Positions 28,202 to 37,689 of a DNA stretch of 64,000 nt are shown piece by piece; position 1 is the first letter of the stretch, and each line of letters starts with the position of its first letter. The notes below the pieces were generated by a model. That model was given only the letters and a program-made list of their open reading frames with translations, made no database searches and had not been told where the DNA came from. The DNA is taken from positions 87,129 through 151,128 of the forward strand of contig CABYKN010000001.1 in NCBI GenBank assembly GCA_902519695.1. Reading direction: 5' to 3'. The stretch is from an uncultured Pelagibacteraceae bacterium. Its GTDB lineage: Bacteria > Pseudomonadota > Alphaproteobacteria > Pelagibacterales > Pelagibacteraceae. Both the position numbers and the translations under genes were made by a program.

Positions 28202-28729
28202 ATGGCAAGAGTTACCGTTGAAGACTGTATAGACAAAGTAGATAGCCCTTATGAATTAGTTTTAGTTGCTAAAGAAAGAGCCACTCAGCTTAATTCAGGA
28301 ATTGAACCTACGTTAGATAGAGATAACGACAAGCACACAGTTATTGCTTTAAGAGAAATAGCTGAAGAAACAATTAAAGTTCCAGATTTAACTGAAGCTG
28401 CAGTTTACAAACTAAGAAAACATGTAGAACAAATTGATGATACTGCTGAAGAAGATGAAGATATTGGTGATGATTTTGAGAATTTATACAAAGGTGAAAT
28501 CTCAAAAAGTGGTGTGCCAATTCTTCCTTCTAAAAGAGCTAGAAAAATCCCTGAAAAAATTCAAGTTTCAAAAGAAGATCTTGCTGAATTATCACCATCA
28601 GCTCAACCTGATGTTAATGTAGAAGCTCCAAGTGAGGCTGAAGAAAATGATAACGTTTCATTAGATCAAGTTTCAGAAGCAGAAGAACAAGTTTCAGATA
28701 ACGTAAGCGACGAAGAAAATAATTCTTAA
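28202..28729 (+). CDS. rpoZ: RNA polymerase omega subunit with long acidic C-terminal tail
   Basis: [10 protein letters not shown]...[19 protein letters not shown]. Confidence 0.95.
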   Translation: MARVTVEDCIDKVDSPYELVLVAKERATQLNSGIEPTLDRDNDKHTVIALREIAEETIKVPDLTEAAVYKLRKHVEQIDDTAEEDEDIGDDFENLYKGEISKSGVPILPSKRARKIPEKIQVSKEDLAELSPSAQPDVNVEAPSEAEENDNVSLDQVSEAEEQVSDNVSDEENNS

Positions 28730-29872
28730 TTAAGAAAACTCTTTTAATATTTGTTCCCTGTGTTCATCAAGATCAGGAATTTCTCCTCTAGTACTTTTAT
28801 CTTCGTATGAAGACATTTTTATAGGATTGCCTGCTAATCTAAAATCACCAACTACTTTATGATAGGCTTTAACAATCATGTTTCTTGCTTCGACTTGAGG
28901 ATTCTCTACCGCTTCTTTAATATTAAATATTGGTCCGCAAGGTATCTTTAATTTTTCCATTTCGCTTACCCACTCAGAAGTATTTTTTAAGGATAGTTTA
29001 TCTTCAAAAATTGATTTTAATTCATTCATATTTTCACATCTAAGAGAATTAGTATTAAATCTTTTATCAATGACCATTTCAGGTATCCCTAATACTTCAC
29101 AAAGTTTTTCATATAATTTATCGTTACCTGCAGCGATGATTATATAGCTATCTTTTGTTTTAAATGCCTCAAATGGAGCAATTGAAGGATGTCTAGATCC
29201 CATCGGTTTAGGAATTTCATTTTTAGATAAATATCTCGCAATTGCATTTTCTAAAATTGCAATTTGGCAATCTAACATAGATACATCTATAAACATTCCC
29301 TTGCCTGTTTTTTGTCTATCATACAAAGCTGCATTAATTCCAATTGCAGTAAAAAGGCCTGCTGTAATATCACCAATTGATGTTCCTACTCTTGTTGGTT
29401 CACTATTTGGATGACCTGTAACACTCATCAGTCCACCCATTCCTTGAACTACCATGTCATAAGCTGGTAATTCTTTTAAAGGTCCAGTTTGACCAAAACC
29501 AGATGCAGATGCATATATTAATTTTGGATATTTTTTGCTTACATCTTTCCAACCATATCCCCATTTTTCTAAAGTACCTGGTTTAAAATTTTCTACTAAA
29601 ATATCTGCTTTTGCTAAAATTTTATCAAAGATTTTTTTGTCATCTTCATTTTTTAAATTAAGCGCAATACTTTCTTTTCCTCTATTCAGTGACATAAAAT
29701 ATGCCGAATAGTCTTTTACAAAAGGTCCAAACTTTCTTGAATCGTCACCAATTTCTGGTGCTTCTACTTTAATTACACGTGCACCGAGATCAGATAAAAT
29801 CATTGTACAATATGGACCTACTAAAACCCTAGTAAGATCAACAACTAATAAATTTTTTAAAGGTCCATCCAT
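28730..29872 (-). CDS. Family III (CaiB/BaiF) CoA-transferase, YfdE/UctC-like
   Basis: GP....L.DLGARVIKVE, GDDSR.FGP, NRGKES, ENFKPG, SGFGQTGP, RVGTSIGD (catalytic Asp), GNPIK...LDEH.EQI..EFS. Confidence 0.88.
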   Translation of the reverse strand: MDGPLKNLLVVDLTRVLVGPYCTMILSDLGARVIKVEAPEIGDDSRKFGPFVKDYSAYFMSLNRGKESIALNLKNEDDKKIFDKILAKADILVENFKPGTLEKWGYGWKDVSKKYPKLIYASASGFGQTGPLKELPAYDMVVQGMGGLMSVTGHPNSEPTRVGTSIGDITAGLFTAIGINAALYDRQKTGKGMFIDVSMLDCQIAILENAIARYLSKNEIPKPMGSRHPSIAPFEAFKTKDSYIIIAAGNDKLYEKLCEVLGIPEMVIDKRFNTNSLRCENMNELKSIFEDKLSLKNTSEWVSEMEKLKIPCGPIFNIKEAVENPQVEARNMIVKAYHKVVGDFRLAGNPIKMSSYEDKSTRGEIPDLDEHREQILKEFS

Positions 29873-29895
29873 AGTAAGTACGTCATTTCCTTATA

Positions 29896-29924
29896 TTGAC
29901 TCTTCTGCTCAAGTTCAATTTAAT
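29896..29924 (+). promoter_or_regulatory. Putative sigma70 promoter of the TRAP-MCD operon
   Basis: TTGACT-17 nt-TTTAAT. Confidence 0.45.
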
Positions 29925-29954
29925 AACACCTTTATAAATAAAAAGGGGAAAACT

Positions 29955-30965
29955 ATGTTAAGAAAAATAACATTATATTTGTCTTCAATAATTATAGCTT
30001 TTTCAATAGTAGGATCTGCATATGCAGTTACATTAAAAGCAAGTCACCAATGGCCAGGAACACCAAGAGCTGATGGCTCTTTTGACCCTCGTCATGAAAT
30101 GGTACAAATTATTGCTGATGAGGTAAAAAAAGCAAACGTTGATTTAGAAATAAGAATTTATCCAGCTAAGTCACTTTATAAGCCAAAAGAACAGTGGAAA
30201 CCTATGACTACAGGTCAATTAGATATTTCTGCTTTCCCATTAGCTTATGCATCAAAATTCCATCCAGAGTTTGATGCTACATTGATGCCAGGAACTGTAA
30301 AAAATCATGAGCATGCATTGAGATTTAATAAAGGTCCAATGATGACTGAGATTAAAAAAATAATCAGTGATGCTGGTGTTGTAGTTCTATCTGATGCATG
30401 GTTAGGTGGTGGTTTCGCATCAAAAACTAAATGTATCAAGAATCCAAGTGATGCTAAAGGACAAGTGATGAGAGCTGCAGGAAAAGCTTTCAACCAAATG
30501 TTAGAAGCTGCTGGTGCAGGTATTCAAAGTATGCCATCATCTGAAATTTATACTGGATTACAAACTGGTGTATTAACAGGTGCAAATACTAGTTCAGGAA
30601 GTTTTGTAAGTTACAAAATTTACGAACAAGTAAAATGTGCAACACCTCCAGGGAAATTTGGTTTATGGTTTATGTATGAGCCAATTTTAATGTCTAAGAA
30701 AAGCTACAATGCATTAAATTCAAGCCAGCAAGTGGCTTTAATGAAAGCAGGAAAAGTTGCTGAGAAATATATGACAGCTCAAGTAGAAAACTTAGATAAA
30801 AAGTTTGAGGAAGCATACAAAGCTGCAGGTGTTAAATTAGTGTATATGGATGCTGATGATCATGCTGCATGGGTTGATATTGCAATAAAATCATCTCACA
30901 AAGCTTTTGCTGAAAAAGTTCCAGGTGGCGATAAGCTAATGGAAATGGCTTTAGCAGTTAAATAA
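29955..30965 (+). CDS. dctP: TRAP transporter substrate-binding protein (DctP; MatP-like)
   Basis: Signal peptide, LKASHQWP, IYPAKSL, MPSSEIY.GLQTGV, WFMYEP. Confidence 0.88.
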   Translation: MLRKITLYLSSIIIAFSIVGSAYAVTLKASHQWPGTPRADGSFDPRHEMVQIIADEVKKANVDLEIRIYPAKSLYKPKEQWKPMTTGQLDISAFPLAYASKFHPEFDATLMPGTVKNHEHALRFNKGPMMTEIKKIISDAGVVVLSDAWLGGGFASKTKCIKNPSDAKGQVMRAAGKAFNQMLEAAGAGIQSMPSSEIYTGLQTGVLTGANTSSGSFVSYKIYEQVKCATPPGKFGLWFMYEPILMSKKSYNALNSSQQVALMKAGKVAEKYMTAQVENLDKKFEEAYKAAGVKLVYMDADDHAAWVDIAIKSSHKAFAEKVPGGDKLMEMALAVK

Positions 30966-30975
30966 AATAATATAT

Positions 30976-31016
30976 AAAGAACCCCTATTTATTCTCTATA
31001 AGTAGGGGTTTTTTTT
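30976..31016 (+). terminator. Intrinsic terminator-like hairpin between dctP and dctQ
   Basis: AACCCCTATTTAT...ATAAGTAGGGGTT followed by a T run that abuts the dctQ ATG. Confidence 0.7.
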
Positions 31017-31511
31017 ATGAAAGAAAAATACTTAAAATTCTGTGATTATGTTGCAAGAGCTTGTGGAGCTTTTGCAGTTCTAGCTTTACTTTTATCAATT
31101 CTTGTAATCGTAGAATTAGTTTTTGAAAGATACTTTTTTCAAAGAGCAATCACTTGGCAAACTGAGCTTGTTACAATGCTTCTAGTTGCTTCAACATTTA
31201 TAGGAAGCGCATATGTTTTGAGTGAGAAAGCTCATGTCAGCATGGAGTGGATTTATGATTTTTTATCAGAGAAAAATATTTTAAGACTTAAAATATTTAC
31301 ATCGTTAGTCAGTTTATTATTTTTCTTAATTTTATTTTATTTTGGTTTTTTAATGGTTGAGGAAGCGTTTACTAAAAATTATTCAACAGGAACAGTTTGG
31401 GATCCTCCATTGTGGGTGCCATACTCCTCTATGATGATAGGTGCCGCATTAATGATTTTACAATATATAGCAGAGATTATTAAACTTATAGACGAAAGGG
31501 ATGCTAACTAA
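31017..31511 (+). CDS. dctQ: TRAP transporter small permease
   Basis: RYF...ITWQTE, AYV....HV, PLWVPY; 4 TM. Confidence 0.88.
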   Translation: MKEKYLKFCDYVARACGAFAVLALLLSILVIVELVFERYFFQRAITWQTELVTMLLVASTFIGSAYVLSEKAHVSMEWIYDFLSEKNILRLKIFTSLVSLLFFLILFYFGFLMVEEAFTKNYSTGTVWDPPLWVPYSSMMIGAALMILQYIAEIIKLIDERDAN

Positions 31512-32842
31512 TGGATCCATTAATAATTGCAATAATCGTTGCTGTTTTTACTTTAATAGTTTTATTTTCGGGAATACCAATTGCTTTTGGTTTAAGCTTT
31601 GTATCAATCGCTCTTTTAGTTGCTTTCGAAGGTTTCCAAATGTTAGATGTTTTTGCCGAAACTTTCTATGCAGGCTTAAATTCATTTGTTCTTCTTTCAA
31701 TACCAATGTTTATTTTAATGGGAATGGCAGTTGCAAATTCTCCAGCAGGAAAAGATTTATATACAGGATTGGACAGATGGCTATGGAGAGTACCTGGAGG
31801 ACTTGTTATTTCTAATATAGGAGCTTGTTCAATTTTTGCTGCACTAAGTGGATCAAGTCCCGCAACTTGTGCTGCAATTGGTACCATGGGAATTCCTGAA
31901 ATGAGAAAAAGAGGATATTCAGATCAAATTGCAACTGGAACCATAGCAGCTGGCGGAACTTTAGGAGTATTAATTCCTCCAAGCATTGTTTTAATTGTTT
32001 ATGGAATTGCAACCGGAACATCTATTGGAAGATTATTTTTAAGTGGATTGATACCTGGATTTATGCTTGCGGGTATGTTCGCTATCTGGGCACTGATACA
32101 CAGTTACTTTATTGATAAAGACTCCGCTAAAGCTCTAAAGAATAGAACTCCACCAACATTTAGAGAAAAAATTGAAGTTTTGCCAAGGATACTTCCTTTC
32201 TTAGCAATCATTGCTGGTGTTTTATATGTTTTATATGGTGGTGTTGCTACTCCATCAGAAGCTTCAGGAGTTGGAGCTTTTTTAGTATTTGTTTTGATTG
32301 CTGTTGTCTACAAAATTTATCAGCCAAAAAAAATATGGAACATTGTTAAAGTTTCCATGAAAGAAAGTGTGATGATAATGTTTATCATTGCAGCCTCTTA
32401 TCTTTTTGCATTTACATTATCGCAACTTTATGTAACTCAATCGTTGGCTCAGAGCATGGTGGAGATGAGCTCTAATAAATGGGTAGTATTTATTTTAATA
32501 AATATATTTCTGTTGATTGCAGGTTTCTTTTTACCTCCAGTTGCCGTTATTGTTATGACTTCAGCAATATTATTGCCAGTTATAACTCAACTGGGATTTG
32601 ATCCGTACTGGTTTGCAATTGTATTTACAATTAATATGGAAATTGGTCTTATTACTCCACCCGTTGGATTAAACCTTTATATAATCAAAGGTATAACACC
32701 AGATGTTAGTTTGTCAGAAATTTTAAAGGGATCTATACCATTTATGATAATTATGGCTTTAGCTATACTTATTTTGTGTATTTTTCCTGAGATTGTGACT
32801 TGGTTACCTGACAAAATAATGGGCAAAAGTTTAGGTTTTTAA
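31511..32842 (+). CDS. dctM: TRAP transporter large permease
   Basis: SGSSPAT, GGTLGVLIPPSI, GLITPPVGLNL. Confidence 0.92.
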   Translation: MDPLIIAIIVAVFTLIVLFSGIPIAFGLSFVSIALLVAFEGFQMLDVFAETFYAGLNSFVLLSIPMFILMGMAVANSPAGKDLYTGLDRWLWRVPGGLVISNIGACSIFAALSGSSPATCAAIGTMGIPEMRKRGYSDQIATGTIAAGGTLGVLIPPSIVLIVYGIATGTSIGRLFLSGLIPGFMLAGMFAIWALIHSYFIDKDSAKALKNRTPPTFREKIEVLPRILPFLAIIAGVLYVLYGGVATPSEASGVGAFLVFVLIAVVYKIYQPKKIWNIVKVSMKESVMIMFIIAASYLFAFTLSQLYVTQSLAQSMVEMSSNKWVVFILINIFLLIAGFFLPPVAVIVMTSAILLPVITQLGFDPYWFAIVFTINMEIGLITPPVGLNLYIIKGITPDVSLSEILKGSIPFMIIMALAILILCIFPEIVTWLPDKIMGKSLGF

Positions 32843-32857
32843 TATATAAAAAACACC

Positions 32858-34165
32858 ATGTTAAATATAAAAAGAATATTCGAGACGATTGCTGATGCTG
32901 GTCAAAAAATTTTAGAGAAAAAATCATTAAAAAAATTCTCTAAAAAAAGAGATTTAATTGAACTATGTGATGATCTGTTATCATCTAAAGGAGCCGCTTT
33001 CGGTATCACTCTAGCAAGAGATATTCTTTTTAGATATCATAATTTATCTCACGAAGACAAATTAAAATTCTTACTTCAAGTAAATGAAAAATATAAACCT
33101 GATACAGCTAATATTGACAATGCCATTAAAGATTATACAGAAAATAAAAATAGTAGATCAATTTTAAATTTATCAAGAATTACATCAGGAATTAGAAAAG
33201 AATTGTTTATAAGATTAAACATGGCTCCTAATGGAACAGCTGAGATTGTTTCTTTAAGAGAAGATCTACAAACGTTTTTATTAAACAATCCTGAATTAAA
33301 AGAATTAGATTATGATTTGATTGATATTTTTAAAAATTGGTTTAATCCTGGATTTTTAAAATTAAGAAAAATAACCTGGGATACTAAGGCTGCAATATTA
33401 GAAAAATTATTAAAATATGAAAAAGTTCATTCAATGAAAGATATGAATGAATTGAAAATTAGATTAGGTGAAAATAGAAGATTTTTTGCTTATTTTCATC
33501 CAGCATTAGAAGATGAGCCGATAATTTTTGTTGAGATTGCATTAACTAAAGGACTAGCTAAATCGATACAAGAATTGACAAAACCTAATGATGGAAAAAA
33601 AGAAGATTATGATACAGCTACTTTTTATTCAATTAGTAACTGTCAAGAGGGACTATCAAGAGTTACACTTGGGAACTTCTTAATAAAAAGAGTCGTATAT
33701 GAGTTACAAGAAGAGTTACCCGATGTAAAAAATTTTGGAACCTTATCACCAATGCAAGGTTTTGCTGATTGGGTTAAATCATCGGAAAATGAGAAAATTA
33801 GTGAGATAGTTCAAAAAGATAATTTTGTAAAAGTTGAGTTTTTAAAATCATTAGATCTTAAAATCGGTGATAGAAAATTTATTGATAATAAAGATTTACT
33901 TACAAAACTTGCTTTAAATTACTTGGCTGTACAAAAAAATGATCTAGGTTTTCCCATTAATGATGTTTGTAGGTTTCACTTAAAAAATGGAGCTGAAATT
34001 GATGATATCGTAATTAATGCCAATGTTTCTGATGTAGGTTTTAAAAGATCCTTTGGAATAATGGTTAATTATAAATATGAACTTGGAAAAATTGAGCAAA
34101 ATCATCAAGAGTATGTAAACGAAAAGAAAATTAATTTATCAAGCAAACTAAAAAAATATGTCTAG
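32858..34165 (+). CDS. Malonyl-CoA decarboxylase (MatA-like)
   Basis: WFNPGFL.L..ITW, YEKVH, EPIIFVEIAL, FYSISNCQ.GL, LGNFLIKRV, TLSP, RFHL.NGA, S.GIMVNY.Y. Confidence 0.92.
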   Translation: MLNIKRIFETIADAGQKILEKKSLKKFSKKRDLIELCDDLLSSKGAAFGITLARDILFRYHNLSHEDKLKFLLQVNEKYKPDTANIDNAIKDYTENKNSRSILNLSRITSGIRKELFIRLNMAPNGTAEIVSLREDLQTFLLNNPELKELDYDLIDIFKNWFNPGFLKLRKITWDTKAAILEKLLKYEKVHSMKDMNELKIRLGENRRFFAYFHPALEDEPIIFVEIALTKGLAKSIQELTKPNDGKKEDYDTATFYSISNCQEGLSRVTLGNFLIKRVVYELQEELPDVKNFGTLSPMQGFADWVKSSENEKISEIVQKDNFVKVEFLKSLDLKIGDRKFIDNKDLLTKLALNYLAVQKNDLGFPINDVCRFHLKNGAEIDDIVINANVSDVGFKRSFGIMVNYKYELGKIEQNHQEYVNEKKINLSSKLKKYV

Positions 34166-35159
34166 ATTAAATAGAACTGTCTCTGTTGCTCCTATGATGG
34201 ACTGTACAGACAAACATGAAAGATTTTTCTTAAGACTAATTAGTAAAAATGTTCTTCTTTATACTGAAATGATTGTCTCAGAAGCTATTGATAGAGGAGA
34301 TAAAAAGAAACTATTAGAATTTGATATAAGGGAAAAACCTGTTGCTCTGCAACTTGGTGGTTCTTCTCCAAAATTATTAGGAAATGCAGCATATTTAGGT
34401 GAAGAATTTGGATATGATGAAATAAATTTAAATTTAGGTTGCCCAAGTAAAAAAGTTCAAAAAAATAGATTTGGGGCTTGTTTAATACAAGAACCTAATC
34501 TTGTAGCTGATTGCTTAAGTTCCATGATTTCAAAAACATCACTTCCTGTAACTGTTAAAACTAGAATTGGATATGACAATGTCGATCAATATGAAAATTT
34601 ATATAATTTTATTAATATTTTGAAAGAAACAGGTGTTAAAACTTTTATAATTCATGCTAGAAAGGCAATGTTAGGAAAATTTACACCTAAACAAAATTTA
34701 AACATACCACCCTTGAAATATGAATATGTAAATAGATTAAAAAAAGATTTTCAAGATTTAGAAATAATAATAAATGGTGGCATAACTTCAACTGATCAAA
34801 TTAAAGAACATTTAGAAAATGTAGATGGTGTTATGATTGGAAGGTCAATTTATCATTCTCCTTACATGTTAGCAGATATTGAGAACCAAATTTTTAATAA
34901 TAGTGAAGTTTTGACTAGACAAGAAGTTGTTGAGAAACTAATTGAATATGTAAAAGAAGAAATTAAAAAGGGTACAAGATTAAATCAAATCATGAGACAT
35001 ACTCTTGGTTTATTTCATGGACAAACAGGTTCAAGTTTTTGGAAAAGATATTTAAGTGAAAATATGTGTGTAAGAGATGCCGATGTTAAGAAAATTGATC
35101 ACATAATGGATAAAGTAAAGTTTAATCCACAAAGTATATCGGCAGGTCAAATTGAATAA
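34158..35159 (+). CDS. dusA: tRNA-dihydrouridine(20/20a) synthase
   Basis: SVAPMMD.TD, LYTEM, NLNLGCPS..VQ...FGACL, HARKA, IPPL.Y, NGG. Confidence 0.93.
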   Translation: MSRLNRTVSVAPMMDCTDKHERFFLRLISKNVLLYTEMIVSEAIDRGDKKKLLEFDIREKPVALQLGGSSPKLLGNAAYLGEEFGYDEINLNLGCPSKKVQKNRFGACLIQEPNLVADCLSSMISKTSLPVTVKTRIGYDNVDQYENLYNFINILKETGVKTFIIHARKAMLGKFTPKQNLNIPPLKYEYVNRLKKDFQDLEIIINGGITSTDQIKEHLENVDGVMIGRSIYHSPYMLADIENQIFNNSEVLTRQEVVEKLIEYVKEEIKKGTRLNQIMRHTLGLFHGQTGSSFWKRYLSENMCVRDADVKKIDHIMDKVKFNPQSISAGQIE

Positions 35160-35985
35160 TACTCTTCTTGAGATTAACAATATTTATTTTATTTTTTTAA
35201 TGATGGCAGCCGCTGTTCCGGTTGGTTTTTTTGCAGGCTTTTTTGGTATCGGTGGAGGGTTAATTTCAGTCCCATTTTTATTTTTTGTTTTTGAAGCATT
35301 TAACGTTGATAAAGATTATTTAATGCATTTATCTGTAGGGACAGCTTTCTCAATAACAATTTTAACTGCTACAGCTTCAGTACTAACTCATAGGAAATAT
35401 AATGCTGTTGATTTTAATATTATTAAAAATTATGGAACATTTGTAATAACTGGAGTTTTCTGTGGAACATTGATGGCAGCATTAATGAATACTAAAACAT
35501 TGTTATTCTTTTTTTCTGCTGTTGTTTATTTTTTTGGAGCTTACTTGTTGTTACAAAGTGAAAAGAAAAAAAAAATTAAGAAAAAATTTAATATTTTCCC
35601 AAGAATAATTTTTGGATTTTTGTCAGGATTAATATCTGCTCCTATGGGCATAACAGGAGCCATGATGAATGTTCCTATATTAAGATACTTTGGTTATCCT
35701 ATTAACTTAGCAATAGGAAGCTCAGCAGCTATTGGATTTATAATAGCTTTATTTGGATCTATTGGATTTTTTACATCTGGCTTGATGTTAAAAGCCGATA
35801 TCCCTCTCAGTATTGGATTTATTAATATACCTGCATTTATAATTTTTGTTCCAATAACCACATTCATGGCAAGGATTGGAGCAAAAACAGTTCAAGATCT
35901 AGATAGAGTTAAAACACAAAGATTATTTGGTGTTTTTCTTTATGTTATCGGTACTTTATTTCTATATAGATTTTTAGTGACTTAG
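35152..35985 (+). CDS. TauE/SafE (DUF81) family membrane transporter
   Basis: GFFAGFFGIGGG..VP, repeated half GLISAPMGITG; TTG start uncertain. Confidence 0.85.
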   Translation: MNNTLLEINNIYFIFLMMAAAVPVGFFAGFFGIGGGLISVPFLFFVFEAFNVDKDYLMHLSVGTAFSITILTATASVLTHRKYNAVDFNIIKNYGTFVITGVFCGTLMAALMNTKTLLFFFSAVVYFFGAYLLLQSEKKKKIKKKFNIFPRIIFGFLSGLISAPMGITGAMMNVPILRYFGYPINLAIGSSAAIGFIIALFGSIGFFTSGLMLKADIPLSIGFINIPAFIIFVPITTFMARIGAKTVQDLDRVKTQRLFGVFLYVIGTLFLYRFLVT

Positions 35986-36020
35986 GAGACGAGGTGGTTT
36001 CAGTCTCCCTCCGCCACCTC
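35985..36020. other. GC-rich element with two interleaved complementary pairs (candidate structured RNA or terminator)
   Basis: GGAGAC(35985-90)/GTCTCC(36003-08) and GAGGTGG(35991-97)/CCACCTC(36014-20). Confidence 0.45.
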
Positions 36021-36073
36021 AATTACATATTATTCGATTCTCTAATTTTCTCTTAACTCTTTATAGTTGAATT

Positions 36074-37528
36074 TTAAATTTTTTGATCGTAATCCCCAAC
36101 CTTACCAGTTTGTTGAAGCATATTATCAATAAAGTCAAAAATCTTCTTTTTTCTATCTTCAGAGGTTGGACTCTCAGTAACTACAACTAAAGAGGGTTTA
36201 TTAGAAGATGCTCTTATTAATCCCCATGATCCATCATCAAAAGAAAATCTTACTCCATTAACAGTTAATATTTCTTTGATTTCTTGATCATCTACTTTAG
36301 TTTTATTTTCTTTAATATTTGTTATTTCTTTAACTAAATTCTCAACTACATCATATTTTTCACTATCTTTACAATAAGGAGCCATAGTTGGGCTTTGATA
36401 AGTTGTTGGTAATTCACCAAGTATTTGACTCATTTTTTTGTTATTTTTATCGAGTAACTTACAGACCTGTATTGCTGAATTAATTCCATCATCATAGCCA
36501 TATCCCAAAGGTTTATTAAAAAAGAAATGGCCACTTTTTTCAAATCCTGCTAAAGCGTTATCGGTATTTACCTTTCTTTTGATATGGGAATGACCAGTTT
36601 TCCAATAAATTGTTTCACATTTATTTTCTTTTAATATTTTATCATTGGAATAAAGTCCTGTCGATTTTACATCAACAATAAATTTACTGTTTTTATGATC
36701 TTTCGAAAGATTTCTAGCAATTAATAGCCCTATTTTATCTGAAAAGATTTCATTACCTTTATCATCTATAACCCCAACTCTATCTCCATCTCCATCAAAA
36801 CCAAATCCAATATCAGCATTATTTTCTTTAACTGCTAAAGAAATTGCATGTAACATTTCTAAGTCTTCAGGATTTGGGTTGTATTTTGGAAAAGTCCAAT
36901 CAAGTTCACAATCAAGTTCAATTACTTCGCACCCAATACTTCTTAAAATTTCTGGTGCAAATATTCCTGCTGTTCCATTACCGCAAGCAACTACAGCTTT
37001 AATTTTTTTATTTAATGGGTTTTTTGTTATCAAATCATTTTTATAAACATTCTGAAAATCATCAATTTTTTTTACATTTCCCTCTCCATTAATAAATTTT
37101 TGATTGAGAGTAATATCTTTTAGTTCTTTCATTTCTTCAGGCGCATGAGTAAGTCCTTTTTTGATACCCATTTTTACACCTGTCCAACCATTTTCATTAT
37201 GACTAGCTGTAACCATAGCTATTGCATCTGAATTTAAATTAAATTGTGCGAAGTAAACCATTGGGGATAAAGATAATCCTATATCTTCGATTTTGCACCC
37301 AGTTGAAACCAAACCCTCTTTTAATTTTTCTTTGATATGTTCACTGTAAGACCTGTAATCTTGGCCAACTATAATTCTTGGATTGTTTTTCTTTGTATGA
37401 TTAATTATTTGAGTTCCAAGACCTTTGCCAAGTTGAACGATTCCATCGTCATCTATGTCTTTTTCGTATACCCATCGTGCGTCATATTCCCGAAAGCCGT
37501 AGGGATCAATTTTTCCAGAATTATTCAT
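36074..37528 (-). CDS. Phosphomannomutase/phosphoglucomutase
   Basis: FREYDAR, VTASHN, FDGDGDR, GFEKSGH, RASSNKP. Confidence 0.92.
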   Translation of the reverse strand: MNNSGKIDPYGFREYDARWVYEKDIDDDGIVQLGKGLGTQIINHTKKNNPRIIVGQDYRSYSEHIKEKLKEGLVSTGCKIEDIGLSLSPMVYFAQFNLNSDAIAMVTASHNENGWTGVKMGIKKGLTHAPEEMKELKDITLNQKFINGEGNVKKIDDFQNVYKNDLITKNPLNKKIKAVVACGNGTAGIFAPEILRSIGCEVIELDCELDWTFPKYNPNPEDLEMLHAISLAVKENNADIGFGFDGDGDRVGVIDDKGNEIFSDKIGLLIARNLSKDHKNSKFIVDVKSTGLYSNDKILKENKCETIYWKTGHSHIKRKVNTDNALAGFEKSGHFFFNKPLGYGYDDGINSAIQVCKLLDKNNKKMSQILGELPTTYQSPTMAPYCKDSEKYDVVENLVKEITNIKENKTKVDDQEIKEILTVNGVRFSFDDGSWGLIRASSNKPSLVVVTESPTSEDRKKKIFDFIDNMLQQTGKVGDYDQKI

Positions 37529-37578
37529 GTGGATATATGTACATTTTTTTAAAATTTTTATTGATAAATATTTAATAA

Positions 37579-37593
37579 GTTCTATAAATGTTC
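37579..37593 (+). promoter_or_regulatory. Putative alphaproteobacterial LexA (SOS) box over the nrdAB -10 element
   Basis: GTTC-TATAAAT-GTTC matches GTTC-N7-GTTC; TTGATA at 37561-66 and TATAAA at 37583-88. Confidence 0.6.
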
Positions 37594-37602
37594 TATTGAT
37601 TT

Positions 37603-37649
37603 ACAATTTATATAGTATATCAGGTAAATCTACACACTATATCTAGTTA
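37603..37649 (+). promoter_or_regulatory. Tandem NrdR boxes
   Basis: acaCTATATCTAGtta (37634-49) fits acaCwAtATaTwGtgt; degenerate acaATTTATATAGtat (37603-18) lies 31 bp upstream. Confidence 0.65.
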
Positions 37650-37689
37650 TTTACTAGATTTTTTAGTATAAAGATAAAAAGGGAGTTTA

